Shown here: positions 1 through 9,052 of the stretch, piece by piece
How the letters are laid out: each line of letters opens with the position of its first letter
Position numbering within the stretch: position 1 is the first letter of the stretch
Assembly (NCBI GenBank): GCA_963703345.1
Contig: OY969814.1
Coordinates: 288,001-352,000, forward strand
Reading direction: 5' to 3'
Source of the DNA: an uncultured Chloroflexia bacterium
GTDB taxonomy: Bacteria > Chloroflexota > Dehalococcoidia > DSTF01 > JALHUB01
DNA: 64,000 nucleotides
Notes under the pieces: generated by a model
Databases searched by the model: none
What the model was told of the DNA's origin: nothing
What the model saw: the letters and a program-made list of their open reading frames with translations, nothing else
Translations under genes and position numbers: made by a program

Positions 1-58
1 TGTAGCCGTGCTCTCGGACCAAGCGTAGGCGACGTTCGGCGGAAGATTCTGCCACCAT
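1..58 (-). CDS. 5' end of a gene leaving the window (MVAESSAERRLRLVREHGY...), possibly DUF2156/MprF C-terminal-like
   Basis: ATG at 58 on the minus strand, open to the window edge; only 19 codons visible. Confidence 0.3.
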   Translation of the reverse strand, partial: MVAESSAERRLRLVREHGY

Positions 59-311
59 AGCCAGATAATGGTACCACATCGGGGCAGGCGAACCGTAGCG
101 GATGCTTGTCTGATCGAACAAGAATCGTCTAATCTCTGCGAACTGGCCCGTCACGGCCGCTTGCCGTTGGTGCAGATGCACTATTCGTCGCTTACAAAGG
201 CACCAGTGGCAAATGGGGCAGACGAACCTGTATGCTCTCGCTGGTGCGCGTTAGGATGAAGCCCGAAGATGCGAGTTCGAAGAGACGTCCGCGATAGGAG
301 GGTAGGCGGCG

Positions 312-3300
312 ATAAGCAAATTCTGCCTCTACTGCGCAGCGGAAAACCCGGACCACTCCGATTTCTGCCGAGAATGCGGCCTCGAGCTGCAGATAACGCC
401 CCGACAAAGGCGCCAGGGCATCGTTTTCCTGTTGAACGAGCTGGAGAGCCTGCGCAAGCGCAACGTGCTGTCGGGCTATCTGAGCGGGGCGCTGAAGCGG
501 CTGTACCTGCAAGAGCTGAACCCGCCGCAGCCGAAGGAGCCGGAAGCCGTGAAGGCGCCGCCCGCGCCACAGGAGGAGCGACAGTGCGTCGAGCCGCAAC
601 GCGTATCGCCGCCAAGAAGCGCTCCGCCTCCTCCAGCGCGACCCGCCGCACCGGGCTGGCTGGTCGAACAGCAGGCGAACCTGCTTCTCTACCTGGGCGC
701 CTTCCTGGTCGTGATCGCGGCGCTAATATTCGTCAGCTACTCGAAGGAGGCAATCGGCGGCGGCCTGAAGATGGCGCTCCTGGTCGCCTACACGCTGGCC
801 TTTCTAGCAATGGGCGTATTCTGCCTGAGGTTTCAGCGCGTGCGCCAGGCGGGTGTGGCCTTCTTCGCCGTGGGCGCCCTGATGGTGCCGCTCAACTTCG
901 TCGGCGCCTATGTGTTCTTCCACTCCGATCGCAACATCGACCCCACGGGCCTGTGGCTCGCCGGTTCGATTGCGAGCGTTCTGTTCTACGGCGCGGTTTC
1001 GATGTTCGGCGTGGGGCGCTGGTACCCGCTGCCGACGGTGGCGGCGGCCGCGAGCGCGTTCGTCGCCGCGCTCGTGCTCTCGGACGCCCCGCCGGAAGCG
1101 CTACCGGCGAGCGCGCTGGTCTTTGCCGCTTTCCTGTCAACGCCTCACCTGCTGAAGCTGGGCAAAGTGAGCGACACGTTCGGCGACGTAGGGTTCTGGG
1201 CGGCGCAGGCCGTCTTCCCGGCAACGCTGGCCGCGACGTTCTTCTCCGCGTTTGGGACCGAGTCCACGCCTCGACACCTGCACGAGGAGTTGCTGCGCTT
1301 GTGGCTCAACGGATCGATTTGCGCCGGCGTCTTTTACTCCGCCTCGGCCATGGTTGGCCGGCCTGATTTCCGCCCCGTCGCGGCTGCCGGGACCGTCATA
1401 GCGCTGGCCGGCATTCTTGCCTCGGCGCTCTTCGTTGCCGACGCACCTGCCGCCGTCTATCCTCCCGGCTTCGTTTGCCTGGGGGCGCTGCTTTCCGTGC
1501 CTTCGCTGCTCAAGCTGGGGCGGGTCAGCGAGGTGTTCGGCGAAGTTGCGGCCTGGGGCGCGCAGCTCATCGTGCCGCTGGGGCTGGCAGTCGCGCTGGC
1601 GTCGTCGGAGGGACGCAACGAAGTCGCGCAGATGTGGTTGAACGTCTCGCTTTGCGCTTCGCTCTTCTACGTGGCCACGGCGATGCTTGTCGACGAGGAG
1701 CTCCGCGTTTACGCTGCCATCGCCGCGGTCGCTTCTGTTGGCAGTGCGCTCGCGTCGCTGCTCAATCTCGTCGACGCGCCGCCGGAAGCCTACCCGGGCA
1801 GCTTCGTCGCCCTGGCGATCCTGCTGGCGACCCTGGACATGAAGCAGCTCGGCCGTTCGAGCGAAGTGTTCGGGGAAGTCGCGTTTTACACCGCTCATTT
1901 CGCCGTCCCGGTGGCTGCCGGCGCCGCGCTGCTGATGGTCGACCGGCACACGGCCACAGCCTGGTACCTGCCGCTTACGGGTCTGGCGACGACCTTCTTC
2001 TACAGCACGCAGGCCTTTCTTGCCGACACGCGCGGGGTGGAAACGGAGCCGCCGCTGACAGTTGCGGCGTTGGCCGTGGCAGGCGGCACCATCGTTTCTC
2101 TTGTGTACGCGCTCGACCTGGGGCGCGAGTGGTATGGGCCCGTCGTGGCAGCGATTGCGTGGGCCTACTTCCTGGGCAGCGAGGGCCTAGGGCCGAAGTG
2201 GTTCGGGCAGCGCTACCTGAGCTGGCTGGCGCTCGCAGCCATCACCGTCGCCTGGTTGCCGTTCGAAGGATTGTACAAGGACTTCCCGGTGCAGGGGGCC
2301 GGCGTCCATTTCGCCGCCGTCGCTCTGTACCTCGTCGCGGCGCGGCTGACGAAGGTAAGCGTGCCCCTCGCGGACGTCATTCCCATCGAACCCGATTCGC
2401 GTGCCCGCGATTTGAAGCTGTCGCTCGCCATTCCGCTGGTCTACGCCGCCGGGATCGCCCTGGCGATCGGGTTCTTCCATTTGCTGGCCAGCTTGCCCGC
2501 AGCCGAAGGCGCCGGTGAATCCGACCTGATCTGGCCGTATTTCGGGCTGTCGGTCGGCCTGGCGCTCGTCGCCGCGACTACGCGCTGGTTCTGGCCGCTC
2601 GTCCGACCGCACATCTACGTCATCGCCACCGGCCTCAGCCTGGGCGTGCTGCTGAGCGCGGAGAACCAGCAGGGCCTGGTGGCGCTGTTGCTAGGGCTGT
2701 ACGCGGTGCTGTCGCTGGGGTTCGTGCTCCGGGAGGGACGGCCGCTCACGTCGGTGCTGCCGGCTGCCTATGGGTTCTTCGCCGTGCTGGCAGCCTGGCG
2801 CCACTTCGGCGTTCCGGACGCCTACCTACCGCCGGCGCTCTCGGGCATCGGTTGCGCGTTGTTTGCCGTCTGCGCGGCGCTGCGAAGCCGCTACCAGAGC
2901 TGGTCGCAGGCGGCTATGGGGCTGGCCTTCGCCTACGCTGTCGCAGCCCCGGTCGTCGGCTGGGTGCGACTTTGGGAGTTGGCGGAGCCGTCGGGTTTCG
3001 TGAGCGGGCAGCATTTCGAGAAGACGCTGCTATACGAGTCGGCCGCGGCGTCGCTGACCATTCTGGCGTTCCTGCTGGTCGGTCTCGCCTGGCTGCAGCG
3101 TCGCGTCGAGATCGCCGCCGGCGCGACTGCGCTCATGATGGCTGCGCTGCTCCTGGAAGTGGGGCACTTTCGACCGGACAACATTCAAGCGTACACGGCG
3201 CCGCTGGGCGTCTACGTGCTGGCGGCGGCTCTGCTGGCGCTGCGTCTGCGCTCGCTGCCTGAGGACATCCGCGATGCCCTCGGCGTAGGCGAGCTGGGAG

Positions 3301-3641
3301 GCGCGCTGCTGCTCATGGCGCCGACGTTCTTCCAGTCGCTGCATCACGGCGCTTGGGCCTACGGGACCATCCTCCTCGTCGAAGGGTTGGCGCTTGTGGG
3401 AGTGGCCGTCGTGCGGCGAAGGCTGTGGCTGCTCTGCTCGTCGACCGGCTTCGTCGTCGCGGACGGGCTGCACTACCTGTTCTTCTCCGGAGGACCGACG
3501 CCGCCCACCTGGGTCTTGCTGTCCGTAGCGGGAATGCTGGTGATGGCGGCGGGAACGGGGATCCTGCTGGGTCGGGAGCAGTGGACAGTTTGGCAGGCGG
3601 GTATCGAAGCGTGGTGGAGCAGGGAGGCTGAGGCGCGCTAG
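312..3641 (+). CDS. Large polytopic membrane protein (DUF2157/SCO7613-like) with N-terminal double zinc ribbon; probable ATA start
   Basis: ORF 432..3641 extends in-frame to ATA 312 (TAG at 303); the extension encodes FCLYC-x10-CREC; AGGAGG at 296-301; many hydrophobic helices and LLLYLGAFLVV motif. Confidence 0.8.
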   Translation: MSKFCLYCAAENPDHSDFCRECGLELQITPRQRRQGIVFLLNELESLRKRNVLSGYLSGALKRLYLQELNPPQPKEPEAVKAPPAPQEERQCVEPQRVSPPRSAPPPPARPAAPGWLVEQQANLLLYLGAFLVVIAALIFVSYSKEAIGGGLKMALLVAYTLAFLAMGVFCLRFQRVRQAGVAFFAVGALMVPLNFVGAYVFFHSDRNIDPTGLWLAGSIASVLFYGAVSMFGVGRWYPLPTVAAAASAFVAALVLSDAPPEALPASALVFAAFLSTPHLLKLGKVSDTFGDVGFWAAQAVFPATLAATFFSAFGTESTPRHLHEELLRLWLNGSICAGVFYSASAMVGRPDFRPVAAAGTVIALAGILASALFVADAPAAVYPPGFVCLGALLSVPSLLKLGRVSEVFGEVAAWGAQLIVPLGLAVALASSEGRNEVAQMWLNVSLCASLFYVATAMLVDEELRVYAAIAAVASVGSALASLLNLVDAPPEAYPGSFVALAILLATLDMKQLGRSSEVFGEVAFYTAHFAVPVAAGAALLMVDRHTATAWYLPLTGLATTFFYSTQAFLADTRGVETEPPLTVAALAVAGGTIVSLVYALDLGREWYGPVVAAIAWAYFLGSEGLGPKWFGQRYLSWLALAAITVAWLPFEGLYKDFPVQGAGVHFAAVALYLVAARLTKVSVPLADVIPIEPDSRARDLKLSLAIPLVYAAGIALAIGFFHLLASLPAAEGAGESDLIWPYFGLSVGLALVAATTRWFWPLVRPHIYVIATGLSLGVLLSAENQQGLVALLLGLYAVLSLGFVLREGRPLTSVLPAAYGFFAVLAAWRHFGVPDAYLPPALSGIGCALFAVCAALRSRYQSWSQAAMGLAFAYAVAAPVVGWVRLWELAEPSGFVSGQHFEKTLLYESAAASLTILAFLLVGLAWLQRRVEIAAGATALMMAALLLEVGHFRPDNIQAYTAPLGVYVLAAALLALRLRSLPEDIRDALGVGELGGALLLMAPTFFQSLHHGAWAYGTILLVEGLALVGVAVVRRRLWLLCSSTGFVVADGLHYLFFSGGPTPPTWVLLSVAGMLVMAAGTGILLGREQWTVWQAGIEAWWSREAEAR

Positions 3642-3847
3642 CCCTCTGCGAGACGCGGACTTAAGCGTCGCCGCGTTGCCGGCGAGGGAGGGGGAGGCGA
3701 GCTGCTGCAATTGGCGTCTCGACCTTGACCAGCGGGGTGACATTACATAAAGTAAATCTACGTCAGCAGCAGAAACAGGGGACTGACAGCGGCAGGAGCG
3801 AGAAGTTGACAAACGGACTCGACGAGCGGCGATCGTTGTTCGGGAAG

Positions 3848-4630
3848 ATGGACCTGGCGAGAAGGAATTGTGATCGCTCTGGCGGCGCGCGACTGCGGCT
3901 CTTAGTGCGACTTGTCGGATTCGTCGTTGTCGTTGGCGCGTTGGCCGGCGCGGGATGCGGGAGTTCGTCGTCATCTGATGCGACCGCCACGGCGCAGGCG
4001 TCTATGGCGTCGACTCCGACGCTTGAGCCCACTCCGATAAAGATCAATATCGACCCTGGCAACAATCCGTCGCAGGGACCGGCCGACGCAAAGGTCACAA
4101 TCATCGAATTCGCGGATTTCCAGGGTACGCGCTGCGCGAGCTTCGCCCTAGACACGCTGCCGCAAATCATGAAGGACTATGGCGATAAGGTCCGTTTCGT
4201 TTTCATGAACCTGCTCCTAACGCAGAGCGATCAATACTCGGAAAAGGCGGCGGAGGCAGGCGAGTGCGCTCATGCGCAGGGGGCGTTCTGGCAGTATCAC
4301 GATATGGTTTTTCAGAATCAGTCCATGTTCGCCGATCTGTCGGCTGATCAGCCGGCCACGGACGTTGCCAAAGCAGTCGTTAGCCTCAAGGGCTACGCGG
4401 CGCAGTTGGGGCTGGACACTGCCAAGTTCAATGACTGCCTCGACTCGGGCAGGATGGCGAGCGCGGTGCAAGCAGATGTGCAGGTCGCGCAGCAGGCCGT
4501 CCGGGACGCCCAGCTGACGGAGGGTATCGTGCTCCCTGCCTTCTTCATCAATGGCCGCTACCTAGGCGGCGCCAAGCCCTACGCCACCTTCCAGCAGGCT
4601 ATTGAGTATGTGATGGCGGTGGATAAGTAG
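3848..4630 (+). CDS. DsbA/Thioredoxin_4 family lipoprotein with degenerate active site (DFQGTRC)
   Basis: GPADAKVTIIEFADFQ, AAEAGECA..QGAFW.YHD, PAFFING; LAGAGC lipobox-like; start uncertain (ORF from 3725). Confidence 0.85.
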   Translation: MDLARRNCDRSGGARLRLLVRLVGFVVVVGALAGAGCGSSSSSDATATAQASMASTPTLEPTPIKINIDPGNNPSQGPADAKVTIIEFADFQGTRCASFALDTLPQIMKDYGDKVRFVFMNLLLTQSDQYSEKAAEAGECAHAQGAFWQYHDMVFQNQSMFADLSADQPATDVAKAVVSLKGYAAQLGLDTAKFNDCLDSGRMASAVQADVQVAQQAVRDAQLTEGIVLPAFFINGRYLGGAKPYATFQQAIEYVMAVDK

Positions 4631-4643
4631 AAGTCGCGGGCGC

Positions 4644-4718
4644 TGGAGCCAGCGGGGGGATTCGAACCCTCGACCCGCGGTTTACGAAACCGCTGCTCTA
4701 CCTCTGAGCTACGCTGGC
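4644..4718 (-). tRNA. tRNA-Thr(CGT)
   Basis: Reverse complement GCCAGCGTAGCTCAGAGGTAGAGCAGCGGTTTCGTAAACCGCGGGTCGAGGGTTCGAATCCCCCCGCTGGCTCCA: cloverleaf, GTTCGAA T-loop, CGT anticodon, encoded CCA. Confidence 0.97.
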
Positions 4719-4869
4719 CCGCTTGAAAGTATAGCCAACGACAGGAACGGAATCAAACGGGGGTGGCACGCGCCGGCTTGTCGGAAGGAAGGCGGCGCGC
4801 GTAGTATGAGGCCGGGATGACCTTCATTGGCCCCCGGGCGCCATGCTACGCATAGGACTCGCCGCAGGA

Positions 4870-6219
4870 ATGGAACCTCCCGAACCCGAAACACCCACTC
4901 CTCAAGAACGCATCGCATTGTCTCGCCTCCCCAAGATGCCGAATGCGCTCCGCAACACCGGCACGTTGGTCGTCCTCCTATTCGGCGTGGCGCTGGCGCT
5001 GCGAGCCGTCTGGGCGTTCCAGGTCGAGTGCGATCCTCGGACGTACTGGCGCTGGGACATGACGGTCTACGACTTTCAGGCGTCGGCGTTTGCGGACGGC
5101 TACGGATACGTCGACTTTAACGGCGACCCCTCCGCGCACTGGCCGCCGGGCTATTCGATGGCGCTCACTCCTATCTACAAGGTTACTGGCAACAGCCTGC
5201 TCTCGGCGCGACTCGCCAATGCCGTCGCCGGCAGCCTAACGGTGGTCCTCGTCTACCTGCTGGGCGCGAAGGTATTCGGTCCAACCGCGGGCCTGATCGG
5301 CGCCGGGCTGCTGGCGGTGTTGCCCAACCAGATCGTCTTCACGGGCCTTACGCTGACGGAAGTCTTCTTCACTCTTCTCTTCGTGCTGATCCTGCTGCTA
5401 ACGGCTTACGCGCTGCTGTCGGACAAGGAGCCGCGCCTTTGGCAGATTGCGCTCATTGGAGCGCTGATCGGCGCGGCGGCTCTGGTGCGCGGCGAGGCGC
5501 TGCTGCTGCTCGCGGTCATACCGCCGGTAGCATGGGCAAGACGGCGCTCCTGGCGCTCGCTGCTCGCGCGCTCGATGGCGCTCGTGCTGGCGGCGGCCGT
5601 CGTCGTTGCTCCCTGGACGATCCGAAACGCGATCCAGATGAGGGCGCCGATCCTCATCTCGACGAGCGCGACAGAGGCGTTTTGGGTAGCGCATCATGAG
5701 GGCGCGAACGGGAAGATCGCGGACTTCGCCGTCGATGACCGGTACAAGAACGTGCTCAACCCGAAGAGAGAGGTCGAGACCAGTAACGCGGCGCTGCACC
5801 AGGCGCTGAGCTTCATCCGACACCACCCGGCGGAAGAGCTGACGCTGATTCCGCGTCGCTTCTTTGCGCTGTACAGCGAGGACGCCTCCGGGACGCTGTG
5901 GCTGCAGACGCCGGCGACGCTTTCCTTCAGCTCCGGCCGCCATCTGCGCGGAGCGAGCGATCTGGGCTACTGGGGCGTGATGGCGGCGGCACTTGTTGGG
6001 CTGCCAGCGTGGCTGTCGCTCCGAGACCGGCGGAAGGCGTTGCTGGTCGCGGTTGCGGCGGCCTGGACACTGTTGTTCATCGTCGTCTTCTTCGGCGATT
6101 CCCGCTTCCACTTCTCGCTAATGCCGATCTTCTGCCTGTGGGCGGGCGCTTCGGCGACGGCCTGGGGCCCGCGGCTCCTCGCGTGGTGGCAGAATCGCCG
6201 GCGCGCAAGTCCGGCGTAG
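4870..6219 (+). CDS. GT-C (family 39/ArnT/PMT_2-like) glycosyltransferase
   Basis: D..Y, WPPGY, LTE, PWTIRN, SRFH..P motifs in a multi-TM protein; start 4843-4870. Confidence 0.85.
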   Translation: MEPPEPETPTPQERIALSRLPKMPNALRNTGTLVVLLFGVALALRAVWAFQVECDPRTYWRWDMTVYDFQASAFADGYGYVDFNGDPSAHWPPGYSMALTPIYKVTGNSLLSARLANAVAGSLTVVLVYLLGAKVFGPTAGLIGAGLLAVLPNQIVFTGLTLTEVFFTLLFVLILLLTAYALLSDKEPRLWQIALIGALIGAAALVRGEALLLLAVIPPVAWARRRSWRSLLARSMALVLAAAVVVAPWTIRNAIQMRAPILISTSATEAFWVAHHEGANGKIADFAVDDRYKNVLNPKREVETSNAALHQALSFIRHHPAEELTLIPRRFFALYSEDASGTLWLQTPATLSFSSGRHLRGASDLGYWGVMAAALVGLPAWLSLRDRRKALLVAVAAAWTLLFIVVFFGDSRFHFSLMPIFCLWAGASATAWGPRLLAWWQNRRRASPA

Positions 6220-6236
6220 GGCGGCTTTGGGGGAAA

Positions 6237-6317
6237 TGGCGGAACGGGGTGTCGCCAGACCCTCAGGCGTCGTTGGTGGCGGGGAAGGGCGCCTGAAGCT
6301 CCGACGACCCCCGTTCC
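6237..6317 (-). other. ~80-nt long imperfect hairpin between convergent genes
   Basis: GGAACGGGG/CCCCGTTCC, GTCG/CGAC, TCAGGCG/CGCCTGA stems; G-U pairs on the minus strand; followed by GCCA. Confidence 0.55.
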
Positions 6318-6354
6318 TTGAGAGTATCGGCAGAGCGGCTGCTTTCTGAAGTCC

Positions 6355-7245
6355 TCAGCCTTCGGCGGCGACGATTTCCTCGGTCTGCCGGGCCGCGCGG
6401 TAGGAGCTGCGCACCAGGGGCCCCGACTCGACGTGGCGGAAGCCGAGCGCCTGCGCTTCTTGTCCGAACCGCTCGAACTCCTCCGGCGGGTAGAAGCGGG
6501 CGACGGGCAGGTGGCGCACGCTGGGTCGCAGGTACTGGCCCAGCGTCAGGATGTCGCAGCCGGCGGCGCGGAGGTCGAGAAGGACCTGAGGTATCTCCGT
6601 CGGCTCCTCGCCCAGGCCCAGCATCAGGCCGCTTTTTGTAAGCATCTCCGGTCGCTCCTCTTTCGCCTGCCGCAGCAGCGCCAGCGAGCGCTCGTAGACG
6701 GCCTGGGGACGCACACGGCGATAAAGACGGGGCACGGTCTCGATATTGTGGTTGAGGATGTCCGGCGCGGCGTCAGTGATGGCGGCGAGCGCCTGCCATT
6801 CGCCCTGGAGGTCAGGAATCAGCACTTCGATCGCGGTGGACGGTGAGAGTCGACGAATCGCGCGGATGGCGTCGGCGAAGACGGAGGCGCCGCCGTCGGG
6901 AAGGTCGTCGCGGGTGACGGAGGTGATGACGGCGTGTCGCAGGCCGAGGAGGGCGACCGTCTCGGCGACGCGCAGCGGTTCGTCGGGGTCGACGGGCTCC
7001 GGGCGACCGCTGCGAATGGCGCAGAAGCGGCAGGCGCGGGTGCAGACGTCGCCGAGGATGAGGAAGGTCGCGGTGCCGGCCTGGAAGCACTCGCCGATGT
7101 TGGGGCAGGCCGCTTCTTCGCACACGGTGTGCAGCGTAGCGCGACGTAGCAGCCCTTTGACGCGCAGGTAGCCTTCGCCGCCGGGCGCGCGGACCTTCAG
7201 CCACGGAGGCAGGCGACGGACCGGCGGGCGAGCGTTAGGTTCCAT
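6355..7245 (-). CDS. lipA: Lipoyl synthase
   Basis: [12 protein letters not shown] and CTRACRFC motifs, VRSSY C-terminal motif. Confidence 0.97.
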   Translation of the reverse strand: MEPNARPPVRRLPPWLKVRAPGGEGYLRVKGLLRRATLHTVCEEAACPNIGECFQAGTATFLILGDVCTRACRFCAIRSGRPEPVDPDEPLRVAETVALLGLRHAVITSVTRDDLPDGGASVFADAIRAIRRLSPSTAIEVLIPDLQGEWQALAAITDAAPDILNHNIETVPRLYRRVRPQAVYERSLALLRQAKEERPEMLTKSGLMLGLGEEPTEIPQVLLDLRAAGCDILTLGQYLRPSVRHLPVARFYPPEEFERFGQEAQALGFRHVESGPLVRSSYRAARQTEEIVAAEG

Positions 7246-7317
7246 ACGAGATCATGATAGCAGGTCGAAGCCGCCGGCTGCTCGGTCGCGAGGTGCTGTT
7301 CGACGGTTCGATTCGAC

Positions 7318-8004
7318 TCAGCTTGCGGGCAGCGCCGCCATCAATTCTTCGACGGAGCCGACGCGCAGGTCGAGGTCGAGGTGGCGCACGAGGGCGTCAG
7401 TAACGCGGTCCGCGACGTCGTCCATCGACACGGGGCGACCGGTGAGGCCGGCGATAGAGTTGACGCCGGCGTCGTGGAGGCCGCAGGAGACGATGTGGTC
7501 GAAATAGGTGAGGTCGGTATTGACGTTGAGGGCGAAGCCGTGGGTGGTGACGCCCTGCGATATGTGCAGGCCGATTGCGGCAAGCTTCTCGTTGCCGACC
7601 CATACGCCGGGTCGCCCCTCCGAGACCTCCGCGGTGATGCCGAAGGCGGCCAGGGCGTCGATGATGGCGGATTCGAGGGCGTGGACGAACCAGCGCGGGC
7701 CCTCGTTCCAGCAGTGGAGGTCGACGATGGGGTAGCAGACGAGCTGGCCCGGGCCGTGGTAGGTGATGTCGCCGCCGCGGTCGACCCAATAGACCCTGGC
7801 GCCACGGTCGTCGAGCTCTTGAGGCGTAAGGCGCAGGTTGGCGGCGATGCCGGCGCGCCCGAAGGTGTAAGTGTGCGGGTGTTCGAGGAGGAGGATGTGG
7901 CCCTGCTTCCCCGCCTTAACCTCTTCGCACAGGCGCTTCTGGAGGTCCCAGGCTTCCATGTAGTCGATGGTCTGGAACCGGATGAGAGTGCAGGGGACAG
8001 TCAT
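7318..8004 (-). CDS. lipB: Octanoyltransferase
   Basis: EHPHTYT.G, DRGGDITYHGPGQL, KLAAIG, HGFALNV; ATG 8004 with GGAG RBS. Confidence 0.95.
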   Translation of the reverse strand: MTVPCTLIRFQTIDYMEAWDLQKRLCEEVKAGKQGHILLLEHPHTYTFGRAGIAANLRLTPQELDDRGARVYWVDRGGDITYHGPGQLVCYPIVDLHCWNEGPRWFVHALESAIIDALAAFGITAEVSEGRPGVWVGNEKLAAIGLHISQGVTTHGFALNVNTDLTYFDHIVSCGLHDAGVNSIAGLTGRPVSMDDVADRVTDALVRHLDLDLRVGSVEELMAALPAS

Positions 8005-8131
8005 TGGCCGGTCTCCTTCCGCCTGGAGTCGATCTATCCTGGACAAGTCTGATGATAGAGCATCGGGATGCTTCTGGCTAGAGCCTACACGACATAACGC
8101 AGCGCAGGAAATGTGAAATATGGGCCTCGAT

Positions 8132-9052
8132 TCAGGCAATGATACGAAGTCGCGGGCTAATGATCTCGAATGTCGCCGGCAGCGCGCCGATGGGCTCGCC
8201 CTCGACTTCGACGGGCACCAGCGCGTCAGACTCGGCCTCGACGCGGCCGGCCGTACGGTATTCGACGTTGCTCGACCTGACGAAGGCGCCGGAACGCAGG
8301 GCGGGCAGGCCCAGCAGCTTCTGGAAGGCGTTCGAGCCTTTGACGATGACTACGTCGAGAAGGCCGTCGTCGAGGCGCGCCCGCGGAGCCGAGCGGATGC
8401 CCCCTCCGGAGTAGACGCCGTTGGCCAGCCAAACGTTGTTGATGAGCAGCGTCTCCGCGGGCGCGCCCCCGAACGACATCCTTACCGATTGATTCGGGTA
8501 GCGCAGCATCGTCGAAAGTATGGCGCGCATAAACGAGAGCGAGCCGCCCAGCCCCTTAGAATGGCGGTTCACCGCTTCGCAGACGGCGGCGCCCATGCCG
8601 ATCTCCGCCTCGTTTATGAAGTAGCGCACACCTTGTTCCCCGTCCGGCTTTCGGTACGTCACCTTGCCGACGTCGACTTCGCGAATGGCGCCGCCGGCAA
8701 GTCGGTTGATAGCGCCATCCAGCTTCGCCGGAATGCCAAGGCCGCGGGCGAAGTCGCCGCCGGTGCCGTAGCGGATGATGCCCAGCGCCAGGCCGGGATT
8801 GACGGGCACATCCTTCTCGAGGAGGCCGTTGACGACCTCATTGAGCGTGCCGTCGCCGCCCAGGACGACGACGCGCTCACAGCGCTCCGCCGCCTCTCGC
8901 GCGAACTGCGTGGCGTGACCCTGGCGCTCCGTGAACACGACGTCGAAGGGATAGGGGAGTCGCGCGCTCAACGCCTCATCGATCTGCCGTCGGTTGCGCC
9001 CGGCGCGTCCGTTTGCCGAACAAGGGTTGATGATAATGAGCGTTTCGGCCAT
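8132..9052 (-). CDS. Diacylglycerol/lipid kinase family protein (YegS/DAGK)
   Basis: IINP.S, GGDGTLNEVVNG, GTGGDFAR, DDGLLD; start MAETL overlaps the glpD stop. Confidence 0.93.
   Translation of the reverse strand: MAETLIIINPCSANGRAGRNRRQIDEALSARLPYPFDVVFTERQGHATQFAREAAERCERVVVLGGDGTLNEVVNGLLEKDVPVNPGLALGIIRYGTGGDFARGLGIPAKLDGAINRLAGGAIREVDVGKVTYRKPDGEQGVRYFINEAEIGMGAAVCEAVNRHSKGLGGSLSFMRAILSTMLRYPNQSVRMSFGGAPAETLLINNVWLANGVYSGGGIRSAPRARLDDGLLDVVIVKGSNAFQKLLGLPALRSGAFVRSSNVEYRTAGRVEAESDALVPVEVEGEPIGALPATFEIISPRLRIIA

Noticed and set aside
6237-6317. tRNA-Sec (selC)
   Set aside because: GGAA...TTCCGCCA ends and a CTTCA are suggestive, but there is no T-arm GTTCG, D-arm or paired anticodon stem; it folds as one hairpin.
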